A stretch of 64,000 bases of DNA from Thauera sp. (GTDB lineage Bacteria > Pseudomonadota > Gammaproteobacteria > Burkholderiales > Rhodocyclaceae), in contig JAVEVA010000004.1 in assembly GCA_034005275.1 (NCBI GenBank), positions 25,355 to 89,354 on the forward strand, read 5' to 3'. A program made the position numbers and the translations under genes. The notes beneath the pieces were generated by a model. That model worked only from the letters and a program-made list of their open reading frames with translations, made no database searches and was not told where the DNA came from. Of the stretch, positions 9,211-17,459 are shown in pieces. Each line of letters opens with the position of its first letter. Position 1 is the stretch's first letter.

Positions 9211-9490
9211 GGGCGACCCTTGTGGTCGTCCTGTTTGCCTCGCTGCCGCCGTCAGGGCAGGCACAAGGCCTGCCCCTACCAAACCCTGCTGTCATCCTGC
9301 CGTGCCGCTGATCCGTGGCGTAGGGGCGAGCCTTGTGGTCGTCCTGTTCGCCTCGCTGCCGTCGTCAGGGCAGGCACAAGGCCTGCCCCTACCAAACCCT
9401 GCTGTCACTCTGCCTTGCCGCCGGTCGTGCGTAGGGGCGACCCTTGTGGTCGCCCTGTCTGCCTTGCCGTCATCGTCAGGGCTGGCACGG
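9207..9490. repeat. tandem array (about 2.5 copies, period 113 and 111 bp) of REP-like family B palindromic units
   Basis: Units start at 9207, 9320 and 9431. Each reads 'GTAGGGGCGAcCCTTGTGGTCG...CAGGCACAAGGCCTGCCCCTAC', and the inter-unit segments are also conserved ('ccaaaccctgctgtca'). The first unit overlaps the exonuclease stop codon. Confidence 0.85.
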
Positions 9491-9517
9491 GCGGATGCGG
9501 GCGTTTGGCCGATGGTT

Positions 9518-9970
9518 TCATCCCGGCGGCAGGTGTCGTGGGCTCAGCGCTTTGCCTGGATCGAGCAACAGGATCGGTGCGGTGGCGTGCTCTTGTCGGG
9601 CGAGGGCGCGCAGGCCGGGGAGGCGGCAGCTGGCGGCGAGCAGCCTGGGCAGGGGGCGGATGGTGTGGAGGGCGAGGGTGCTGAGCTCCACCGGGGCCGG
9701 CAGGGCGAGGCTGAGGTCGGGGGCAGCGTGCAGGCGGAGCCATTGGCGGGGACCGGTGCCAGCCGGGCCGAGGCCGAGCAGGGTCTCGATCGCCAGGCTG
9801 TCCGCCGTGGGTGCTTGCTGATGAAGCGCACGTACTGTGCGGGCTTCGAGCGCCAGTTGCAGGTTGCCGAGCTGGAAGCGGACGACGGCGAGACCGTCCT
9901 CATGGTGCGCGGCGTCAGGTTCTGAGGACGACGTCACCGCTTCAGTCCAGACTGCGCAGCCAGCCGGCAA
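9518..9970 (-). CDS. degenerate CheW-like coupling protein (second CheW of the cluster)
   Basis: 'LAVVRFQLGNLQLALEARTVRAL' and 'LPGLRALARQEHATAPILLLDPGKAL' resemble the two halves of a CheW domain. It is the last ORF of the operon. No ATG is present: candidate starts are TTG at 9970 or GTG at 9937, 4 nt after the cheW stop. Confidence 0.5.
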   Translation of the reverse strand: MPAGCAVWTEAVTSSSEPDAAHHEDGLAVVRFQLGNLQLALEARTVRALHQQAPTADSLAIETLLGLGPAGTGPRQWLRLHAAPDLSLALPAPVELSTLALHTIRPLPRLLAASCRLPGLRALARQEHATAPILLLDPGKALSPRHLPPG

Positions 9971-10463
9971 TCAGCTGGTTGAAGTCCAGCAGGCTGACCG
10001 GTTGAGCGTTGAATTCGAATACCGCGCTCACCAGGCTGCGCAGTGGCTCGGCAAAGTTGCCGGGCGGGCTGTGCAGCGCGCTGTGCGGCAGGTCGATGAC
10101 GTCGATGACGCGCTCGATGGCGATGCCGGTGCGCAGCTCGGCGTTGTGTGCCAGCAGGATGGTCGGTGTGGTCTGGTGTTCAGCAATCGCGGGCAGCTGC
10201 AGTACGGTGTCGAGGGCGAGCACCGATTCGATGTCGCCACGGACGTTGATCACCCCGGCCAGCGCCGGTGGGCAGGCGGGGATGAAGTGGAGCGGGGTGT
10301 CGACCAGGATCTCGCGGATGTATTGGCCGTCGAAGGCGAAGCAGTCCTTGCCGAGACTGAAGATGACCAGCTTGAGCTCGGGCTCATCAACATTGACCAC
10401 TGCTTCGCTGTCTCCGCCCTGCCGGGCGAGGATGTCGTCGAGCTGGAGTGCGGAATCGCTCAT
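9942..10463 (-). CDS. cheW: chemotaxis coupling protein CheW
   Basis: 'KLVIFSLGKDCFAFDGQYIREIL', 'LAGVINVRGDIESVLALD'. The ATG overlaps the upstream stop (ATGA). Confidence 0.88.
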   Translation of the reverse strand: MSDSALQLDDILARQGGDSEAVVNVDEPELKLVIFSLGKDCFAFDGQYIREILVDTPLHFIPACPPALAGVINVRGDIESVLALDTVLQLPAIAEHQTTPTILLAHNAELRTGIAIERVIDVIDLPHSALHSPPGNFAEPLRSLVSAVFEFNAQPVSLLDFNQLIAGWLRSLD

Positions 10464-12136
10464 GGTGTCTGGGGATTGCTCTGGGCGTCGATCACGACAC
10501 GGTTGCGCCCGCCACGCTTGGCGGCATAGAGCGCGACGTCGGCAGCGGCGGAGAGCGCTTCGACCGAACCGTGCTGGGGGAAGCCGGCCACGCCGGCGCT
10601 GAAGCTGCAGCGGAAGCTCTGACCGGCGCTGTGAAAGCTGATGCGGGAAAAGTCCTCGCGCAAGCGGTCGATCACGCTGGCGGCATGGATGGGACTTTCG
10701 TTTTGCAGGGCGATGATGAATTCCTCGCCGCCATAGCGGCCGATGATGTCGGTGCCGCGCAGACGTTGCTGCAGGACGCGGGCGAGCGCGATCAGCACCT
10801 GGTCGCCGCTGGGGTGGCCGTAGTTGTCATTCACCAGCTTGAAGTTGTCGATGTCGAGCATCACCAGGCTGAGCGGCAGCCGGTCACGTCGTGCGTGCTT
10901 GAAGGCGCGTTCGATCAGCTTGGCGCTCATGGTGTGGTTGAACAGGCCGGTGAGGCCGTCGCGCGCCATCAGGCTGCGCAAGGTGCGCATGCGTTCGGCA
11001 CGCACGCTGACTGCCGAAATCAGCTCGGCCGGGTCGACCGGTTTGCTGAGGAAGCCTTCGGCACCGATCTGCATGGCGTTGAGCAGGGTCTTGCGATCGG
11101 TCTCCGAGGTCAGGTAAATGATCGGCAGGCCGACGTGCTGGGGGTCCTGGCGGATGACTTCAGCCACTTCGCGCCCGCTGCAGAAAGGCATGTACATGTC
11201 CATCAGGACGAGGTCGGGACGGAAGCTGTTGAGTGCCTCCAGCGCCTTGCGCGGATCGTGCAGTTCGTGGGTGAGCATGCCGGCTTGTTGCAGGATCAGG
11301 GCATGGAAGGCTGCGGCTTCGGGCTCGTCGTCGATGATGAGGATGCGGAACGCTTCGTTGTGCTCGCTGCGGGTGAGCTGATCCAGCGCAGCCACGACGA
11401 TGCTGGCCGGCGCAGGCTTGACAAAATAGGCTTTGCCGCCGGCGCGGGCGGCGCCGAGACGGGCGTCGAAGTCGCTGCGTGAGGACAGGAAGATTGCCGG
11501 CACATCCAGCCCGGTTTCACCACGCAGGGCGAGCAGGACATCAATGCCGGCTCGTTCGCCCTGGGGGAAATGAATGTCCATGATGACTGCGTCGGGCGGC
11601 GAAGCAAGGAAGGCCGCACGAAAGCTTTCCGGCGTGGTGAAGCACTGAGTCTGGTAGCCGAAGCAGCCCAGCTCGGCAGCAAGCTGTTCGAGCACGAAGC
11701 TTTCGTCGTCGCAGATGTAGATCCGCTCACCTGGCTTGTTGCGGGCCGGTTTGTCGTCGTCGGGCAGAATGGCAGAGATCGATACGGCGCTCGCACCGGT
11801 GCTGACCGCCTGCGCTCCCAGTTCGGCAATCACTTCCAGTTGCAGACCCAGTCGAGCCAGCGCGTCCGGCTGGCGTTCATTGAGCAGGGTCTCGGCGTCT
11901 TCAGCCGCGTCGCCGAGCGCACCGAAGCCAAGCGAGCGCCCGGTGCCCTTGAGATTGTGGAGGATGCGGTGCAGATCGGCACGGGCGCCGAAGTCGCTGT
12001 CGTGCTGTTGCAGCCGGGCGAGCAGGACGCGCATCTCGCTGACCCGTTTCAGCACCTGAGCGAGAAAGGAGGTGCGCAGACGGGCAATCCGGCTGGAAGC
12101 TGAGCTGTTGTCGGTGTTGGGCGTGTTCTCAGTCAT
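10460..12136 (-). CDS. Hpt-REC-REC-GGDEF response regulator / diguanylate cyclase (output of the chemosensory pathway)
   Basis: Hpt 'LHRILHNLKGTGRSLGFGALG'. REC1 'IYICDDES...AVIMDIHFP...YFVKP'. REC2 'ILIIDDEP...LVLMDMYMP...FLSKP'. GGDEF 'DIDNFKLVNDNYGH...RGTDIIGRYGGEEF', with the RxxD I-site five residues before GGEEF. I chose the ATG at 12136 (MTENTP). Confidence 0.88.
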   Translation of the reverse strand: MTENTPNTDNSSASSRIARLRTSFLAQVLKRVSEMRVLLARLQQHDSDFGARADLHRILHNLKGTGRSLGFGALGDAAEDAETLLNERQPDALARLGLQLEVIAELGAQAVSTGASAVSISAILPDDDKPARNKPGERIYICDDESFVLEQLAAELGCFGYQTQCFTTPESFRAAFLASPPDAVIMDIHFPQGERAGIDVLLALRGETGLDVPAIFLSSRSDFDARLGAARAGGKAYFVKPAPASIVVAALDQLTRSEHNEAFRILIIDDEPEAAAFHALILQQAGMLTHELHDPRKALEALNSFRPDLVLMDMYMPFCSGREVAEVIRQDPQHVGLPIIYLTSETDRKTLLNAMQIGAEGFLSKPVDPAELISAVSVRAERMRTLRSLMARDGLTGLFNHTMSAKLIERAFKHARRDRLPLSLVMLDIDNFKLVNDNYGHPSGDQVLIALARVLQQRLRGTDIIGRYGGEEFIIALQNESPIHAASVIDRLREDFSRISFHSAGQSFRCSFSAGVAGFPQHGSVEALSAAADVALYAAKRGGRNRVVIDAQSNPQTP

Positions 12137-12509
12137 GACCAGAGCTTGTGCCGGGTACGGAAACCAGTCCGGCAATGAGGGCGGGCAGGCTGTTTTCGAG
12201 GTCGAAATCTTTCATCAGGCAGGCGTCAAGGCCTGGTTCTTCGGCGAGCAGGGCAGCCGGATCGTCACCGGTGAGCAGGACAAAAGGCAGCGGACTGGCC
12301 TGGACGCGCAGTTCCCGGAAAAAATCGATGCCGCTCATCAGCGGCATGTTCATGTCGCTGATGATGAGCGCAATGTCCGGATGGGCATCCAGCTGGGCAC
12401 TGCCATCGAGCGCGTCCTCGCTGAGCACCACCTGATGGCCGCTGTCTTCGAGAATGGCGGCGAGCATTTCGCCGGCCATGGGGTCATCATCCACCACCAG
12501 TAGCTTCAT
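12129..12509 (-). CDS. stand-alone CheY-like response regulator receiver
   Basis: 'MKLLVVDDDPM', 'ALIISDMNMPLMSG', 'FVLLTG', 'CLMKD'. All conserved REC positions are visible. Confidence 0.85.
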   Translation of the reverse strand: MKLLVVDDDPMAGEMLAAILEDSGHQVVLSEDALDGSAQLDAHPDIALIISDMNMPLMSGIDFFRELRVQASPLPFVLLTGDDPAALLAEEPGLDACLMKDFDLENSLPALIAGLVSVPGTSSGHD

Positions 12510-12577
12510 GTGCTGTGTCCTCCACTTGTCAGGGCTGTGGCCCGGGCTGCATGGTTGTACCCTTGATCTTCATCTGC

Positions 12578-14857
12578 TCAGCCGAGCAGGGTACGCAAGG
12601 TATCGATCAGATTGCTTTGATCAAAGTCACCCTTGACGATGTAAGCGTCGGCGCCGACCTGCATTCCCCGCCGTTTGTCGGCTTCCTTTTCGCGTGAGGT
12701 GATGATGATGATCGGCGTGTCACGGTATTTTTCCTGCTGACGCAATTCGGCAGTGAGGCTGAAGCCGTCCATGTGCGGCATTTCCACGTCGGTGAGGATG
12801 GCATCGAAATCATGGGCAAGTGCCTTGCGCAAGCCATCGGCACCGTCTTCGGCAAGCGTGACATGGTAGCCATAAGCCTGGAGCACGTCCTTTTCGATTT
12901 CACGGGTGTTGAGCGAGTCGTCGACCACCAGCACATGATGCTGGAGGACGGGCAGGATTGTCCCCTGCTCGCTGTCCGGGCTGCGTTGACGCAGCTGGCG
13001 GGCTCGCTCAATCAGGCCGGGTGGGTGCAGCACGCTCACCGGTTCATTGCTGCCGGTGATCACCATGCCGGAAATCAGCGCCAGCTTGCGCAGGTGAGCG
13101 GGCAGGGTCTTGATCACCATATCATGTTCATCGACCAGGGTATCGGCGACGATGGAGATCTTTTCGCCGCCGGTCTGCAGCACCACCAGTTGCAGCGTGC
13201 TGGCGCTGCCGGTGCGCGGAGTGGCCGGGGCGGGCAGTCCGAGCAGCTCGTCGAGGCGCAGTACCGGGACGAATTCGTTGCGGATGATCACCACGTCGCG
13301 GCCGCCGATCTGCAGCAGGCTGGAGGTTTCGATCTGCGGCAGCTCGGCGATGTACTGAGCGGTGAAGGCGAAGTGGTAATCGTGGGCGCGGATAATCAGC
13401 ACCCGCATCATCGCCAGCGACAGCGGCAGGCGGATGCTGAAACGGGTACCCGCGCCGGCGCGGGTGTCGACGCTGAGCGTGCCGAGCAGCTCGTCAAGCA
13501 CGGTACGCCGCACCACATCCATGCCGACGCCCCGGCCGGACAGGTCGGTGATGATCGCGGTGGTCGAGAAGCCGGGCAGGAAGATCAGTTCGATGGTTTC
13601 CTGATCACTCAGGCTGGCAGCCTTGTCGGCGTCGAGGAGACCTTTGCGGACTGCTTTTTCACGCACCAGCTGGAGGGGGATGCCGGCACCGTCATCGCTG
13701 ATCTCGATCAGCACCCAGCCGGCATCCTGGCGGGCCGACAGCAAGAGGCGACCGTGAGCGGGCTTGCCGGCGGCAATGCGGTCGGCGGTGTCTTCCAGGC
13801 CGTGATCGATGGCATTGCGGATGAGGTGGATCACCGGGTCGGAGAGGCGGTCGATGAGCTGGCGGTCCAGCTCGATTTCACCACCGCTGACCACGCATTC
13901 AACCTGTTTGCCGACGGAGTGGGCCAGCTCGCGTACCAGACGGGCAGCAGGCTCCCAGACGATGTTGAGCGGCAGCATGCGCATCGACAGCAGGCGGTCG
14001 TGCAGTTCGCGCATCAGGCCGGCCTGATGCTGGCTGTTGTCCTTGAAGGCGAGGGCGAATTCGCCGAGCGCTTTTTGCCCGGCTTCATCCAGTACGGCTG
14101 CGAGGCGGTGCTGCAGTTCGCCGAGCTCCTGCTCGCGTTGGCGCAGATGAGCCTGAGTGGCAACGACTTCGGTCATCAGCTTGATGAGTTCGTCGAGCTT
14201 GCTCAGGCGGATGCGGACGGTCTCGGCAGTCCTGAGCTGGACGGCGGGCTTGTTGTCGGCAACGGTGTTTGCGGTGGCACCAGCGTCGGCGGAGGGGCTG
14301 GCCGGGGCAGGTGCGGAAGATGCTGGTGCAGGCGTTGGGGTGCGGTCTCCGGCAGGCGGGAGGGACGTGCCGGCGCTGCTGCTGTCATCCGTGGGCTGTT
14401 GTGTGGTGGCTGGCGACGGGGCGACAGAGCCTGGTGAGGCGGTAGGGGCTGCAGGCGTTTCGCGGTCGCCGTTGGCAGCGGCGGCGAGTGCTGCGCACAG
14501 CGCTTCATCGGTGGGTGGCAGTTGGTCGACGGCGCTGTTGCTGGCGAGATGCTCGCTCAGGCGGGAGAGCTCATCGACCGCACGCTGCATGAGCTGGATG
14601 AGAGCAGGGGTGGCCGCCAGCTTGCTTTCGCGCAGGCTGCCGAGCACCTCTTCGAGCTGATGGGCGGTGTCGGTGATGCTGCGCAGGCGCAGCATGCGTG
14701 ACGAACCCTTGATGGTATGTGCCGAGCGGAACAGGGTGTTGATGGTTTCCGGGTCGCTGTTGCTGCCCAGTTCGCGCAGCCCTTCGTCGAGGCGGCTGAG
14801 GTGTTCCCGCGCCTCGTCGATGAAGCGGCCGATGAATTTGCTGACATCAATTGCCAT
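12578..14857 (-). CDS. cheA: hybrid chemotaxis histidine kinase CheA with C-terminal receiver (WspE-like)
   Basis: Hpt 'FRSAHTIKGSSRML', a Pro/Ala/Ser-rich linker, HATPase 'HLIRNAIDHGLE ... DDGAGI ... GRGVGMDVV', a CheW-like domain, and REC 'VLVVDDSLNT...ILTDVEMPHMDG...YIVKG'. The ATG at 14857 (MAIDVSKF) sits directly after the cheR stop at 14860. The track's 92-codon N-terminal extension was rejected. Confidence 0.9.
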   Translation of the reverse strand: MAIDVSKFIGRFIDEAREHLSRLDEGLRELGSNSDPETINTLFRSAHTIKGSSRMLRLRSITDTAHQLEEVLGSLRESKLAATPALIQLMQRAVDELSRLSEHLASNSAVDQLPPTDEALCAALAAAANGDRETPAAPTASPGSVAPSPATTQQPTDDSSSAGTSLPPAGDRTPTPAPASSAPAPASPSADAGATANTVADNKPAVQLRTAETVRIRLSKLDELIKLMTEVVATQAHLRQREQELGELQHRLAAVLDEAGQKALGEFALAFKDNSQHQAGLMRELHDRLLSMRMLPLNIVWEPAARLVRELAHSVGKQVECVVSGGEIELDRQLIDRLSDPVIHLIRNAIDHGLEDTADRIAAGKPAHGRLLLSARQDAGWVLIEISDDGAGIPLQLVREKAVRKGLLDADKAASLSDQETIELIFLPGFSTTAIITDLSGRGVGMDVVRRTVLDELLGTLSVDTRAGAGTRFSIRLPLSLAMMRVLIIRAHDYHFAFTAQYIAELPQIETSSLLQIGGRDVVIIRNEFVPVLRLDELLGLPAPATPRTGSASTLQLVVLQTGGEKISIVADTLVDEHDMVIKTLPAHLRKLALISGMVITGSNEPVSVLHPPGLIERARQLRQRSPDSEQGTILPVLQHHVLVVDDSLNTREIEKDVLQAYGYHVTLAEDGADGLRKALAHDFDAILTDVEMPHMDGFSLTAELRQQEKYRDTPIIIITSREKEADKRRGMQVGADAYIVKGDFDQSNLIDTLRTLLG

Positions 14858-14859
14858 GC

Positions 14860-16344
14860 TCAGGCCTCGGAATGGTGCTCGTCCAGGCGGGCAAGCTGAC
14901 GTTCGCACATGAAACGAATCTGCGCGGCTGGCTGCTCCAGTGGCAGCTCGCGCAGGCCGGTTTCGCCGCCGGCATTGAGCAGCTGAAGGACCACCCGCAG
15001 GGCGCGCTGGGCCTGCAGCGGCTTGCCCTGGCTGCACCACAGATCGGCGAGGAAATAATGGGCCGGCCAGCAGGCGTGTTCGATATAGACCGTCTGGCGG
15101 AAATGCTTGATGGCGAGCTCGTCCTCGCCGGCCCACTTGGCGGTCAGGCCGAGCAGCATGCAGGCATCGAGTGACCAGGGGTCTCGCGCGAGCACGGCCT
15201 CTGCCAGCTCGCGGGCGGTGCTGAAGTGCTTGTGCTCGAGCTGCAGATAGGCTTTCAGCAGCATTGAACCGGGGTCGGCTGGTGCGGCCGCGAGCATGCT
15301 GTCGAGTTGACGGGCGGCCTGACTGAACTGCTTGTCGCGGATCAGGGCGCGTGCCTGTTCGCGGGCCGCCGGCAGCTCTGCCGGGCTCAGGCTGGGGGGC
15401 GGGCGCACCCAGTCTGCGGGGATCACCAGCGGCATGGGGGCGGTTGGTGCGGAGCTGGCAGCAGGCACCGTGGCCTGCCGCAGCGGTCTGCCGCTGGCCG
15501 GCAGCTGGCTGCTGGCTGCCAGCGGTGGCGCGCCCTTGATGAAATAGAATTGACCGTTCTCTTCAACCAGCCTGAGCACGCCCAGGTCATTGGCGAGGGT
15601 TTCCGCGCTGCCGACGATGAGAAAGCCGTCGCTCTTGAGCAGTCCGGCGAGGCCTTGCTGGATCTGGCGTCGGGTTTCGGTATCGAAGTAGATCGAAACA
15701 TTGCGCAGCAGGATCAGGTCGCAGCCCTGCAGTCCGGTGACCAGCCCGGTGGCGAGCAGGTTGAGCGGCTGGAAGCGGACATGTTGTCTGACGGCCGTCT
15801 TCAGCTGCCAGCCGCGTTCGCAGGGGTCGAAATAGCGGCTCCGGATTCCCGGAGCGACGCCGCGAAACGAGAACGGTGAGTATTGTGCCCGCTCGGCCTG
15901 GGCGAGAGCGTTGCTGTCGAGGTCGGCGCCGAGCAGCTCGAAATTCGCGCGTACGAATTCGCTGCCGTGACGATCGAGCAAAGCCATCGCCAGTGAATAA
16001 GGCTCTTCGCCGCTCGAACAGCCGGCGGAGAGGATACGCAGCTTCTCGCCTTCCTGCCTGGCGGCGAGCAGGCGGGGCAGGATGTGTTCGGTGATCAGGC
16101 TGATCTGCTCGGGTTCGCGGAAAAAATAGGTTTCGTTGATGGTGAGCAGATTGACCAGCGCCTGCAGCTCGTCACGGTCGTGTTCGAGGTGATGCAGGTA
16201 CTGGCTTGTGTCAAGGGCGAGGGCCGCCGCCCGCTCGGCGAGCGCCTGGCGCAGACGGATTTCATCGTCGCCTTCGAAACGCAGACCGCAGTGAGCCTTG
16301 ATCCGGGCGTGAAGGCAGGCGAGTGTGTGGGTGTCGATCATCAT
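14860..16344 (-). CDS. cheR: CheR-type chemoreceptor methyltransferase with C-terminal TPR region (WspC-like)
   Basis: 'ETYFFREPEQ', 'LRILSAGCSSGEEPYSLA', 'DLILLRNVSIYFD'. The C-terminal helical repeats look TPR-like. The ATG at 16344 overlaps the cheB stop (ATGA). Confidence 0.88.
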   Translation of the reverse strand: MMIDTHTLACLHARIKAHCGLRFEGDDEIRLRQALAERAAALALDTSQYLHHLEHDRDELQALVNLLTINETYFFREPEQISLITEHILPRLLAARQEGEKLRILSAGCSSGEEPYSLAMALLDRHGSEFVRANFELLGADLDSNALAQAERAQYSPFSFRGVAPGIRSRYFDPCERGWQLKTAVRQHVRFQPLNLLATGLVTGLQGCDLILLRNVSIYFDTETRRQIQQGLAGLLKSDGFLIVGSAETLANDLGVLRLVEENGQFYFIKGAPPLAASSQLPASGRPLRQATVPAASSAPTAPMPLVIPADWVRPPPSLSPAELPAAREQARALIRDKQFSQAARQLDSMLAAAPADPGSMLLKAYLQLEHKHFSTARELAEAVLARDPWSLDACMLLGLTAKWAGEDELAIKHFRQTVYIEHACWPAHYFLADLWCSQGKPLQAQRALRVVLQLLNAGGETGLRELPLEQPAAQIRFMCERQLARLDEHHSEA

Positions 16345-17402
16345 CTGGTCGCCTGGATGTCCGGACCTGTTTCCTTGCGGGCGATGGCGGCCAGGGTGGG
16401 GGCAATTTCCACCAGCGGCAGCACGCGCTGCACGCAACCGCGTTCGATGGCGACCCGGTTCATGCCGTAGATCACCGAGCTGGCCTCGTCTTGGGCGAGG
16501 GTCAGGCCGCCGGCCGCACGGATGGCGGCCATCCCGGCTGCACCGTCATGGCCCATGCCGCTCAGAATGAGGCCGGTGGCCGCTGCACCGCAATTTCTGG
16601 CGACCGAAGTCAGCAGTACGTCACAGCTCGGATGGTAAAGCTCGGTTTCGGCGCGTGCCTGCAGGTGCAGGGTATGGGTTGGACCGACGCGCAGGTTGTG
16701 CTCGGAAGGGGAGATGTAGATCTGGCCGGGGGCAAGCGGCATGCCGTTCTCTGCCAGCTTCACTGGCAGGGCACACAGTGAAGCCAGCCAGTCGACCATG
16801 CCCTGCGCAAAGCCGTCGCTGATGTGCTGCGCGATGACGATCGCTGCGGGGAAATCGGCCGGCAGGCCGGGCAGGATGTGGGCGAGCGCCTGGGGGCCGC
16901 CGGTGGATGCGGCGAAAGCGAACACCCGGCTGCCGGAGGGGGGCAGGGGGGCGAGGCCCGGCAAGATGGTCGGACTGTGGTCGGGCTGGAGTGAGGGGCG
17001 CAGGCGGGTGATCACCGAAACGCCGGCGAGCAGGCGCACCCGCTCGCACAGCTGCTCGGCCGCTGCTGGGCAGGCCTCCGGTTTGGCGGCCACTTCGAGC
17101 GCGCCCTTGGCAGTCGCTTCCAGCGCGCGTTGAGCGTCGCTCACACTGCTCAGCACCAGGATGGGCACTGCACGGGTGCACATGATCTCTTCGATCGCCT
17201 GCAGCCCGTCCATCACCGGCATCTCCAGATCCATGGTGATCAGGTCTGGTCGCAACTGGCGGGCGAGCTCAAGTGCCTGACGGCCATCTTCGGCTTCGCC
17301 AACCACTTCGATGTCGGGGGTGTCCTCCAGGATGGCGCGCAGCAGGCTGCGCGCCATCCTGCTGTCGTCCACCACCAGAACGCGCAGTTTGCTCATGCTC
17401 AT
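16341..17402 (-). CDS. cheB: chemotaxis response regulator protein-glutamate methylesterase CheB
   Basis: REC 'LRVLVVDDSRMARS...LITMDLEMPVMDG'. Esterase 'AFAASTGGPQAL', 'IVIAQHI', 'LSGMGHDGA'. Confidence 0.92.
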   Translation of the reverse strand: MSMSKLRVLVVDDSRMARSLLRAILEDTPDIEVVGEAEDGRQALELARQLRPDLITMDLEMPVMDGLQAIEEIMCTRAVPILVLSSVSDAQRALEATAKGALEVAAKPEACPAAAEQLCERVRLLAGVSVITRLRPSLQPDHSPTILPGLAPLPPSGSRVFAFAASTGGPQALAHILPGLPADFPAAIVIAQHISDGFAQGMVDWLASLCALPVKLAENGMPLAPGQIYISPSEHNLRVGPTHTLHLQARAETELYHPSCDVLLTSVARNCGAAATGLILSGMGHDGAAGMAAIRAAGGLTLAQDEASSVIYGMNRVAIERGCVQRVLPLVEIAPTLAAIARKETGPDIQATR

Positions 17403-17459
17403 TCAGCCTTGGGTGGAGTGGAAGGCAGGCGGCGAAAGTGGTCGGGCATGTGGGCGTGC

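Noticed and set aside
9207-9490. Possible CRISPR array, because of regularly spaced repeats.
   Set aside because: There are only about 2.5 units. The 'spacers' are conserved between units, the units are long imperfect palindromes, and no cas genes are present. This is a tandem REP-type repeat, not CRISPR.
9134-9925. 263-aa plus-strand ORF (and 9220-9684, 9405-9743) spanning the repeat array.
   Set aside because: The 'protein' is just the translated REP units repeated ('VGASLVVVLFASLPSSGQAQGLPLPNPAV' occurs twice). It is an artefact of the tandem repeat.
12578-15136. Track version of cheA with a 92-codon N-terminal extension. There are analogous extensions on cheR (to 16437), mutY (to 44388), the flavin reductase (from 43414), livH (from 38952), ribH (to 53729), the binding protein (to 48646) and the AAA-ATPase (to 28238).
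   Set aside because: The extensions overlap the upstream gene or a REP element and are Arg/Pro/Gly-rich. They also precede an internal ATG that gives the family-typical N-terminus, often with an RBS or a start/stop overlap.
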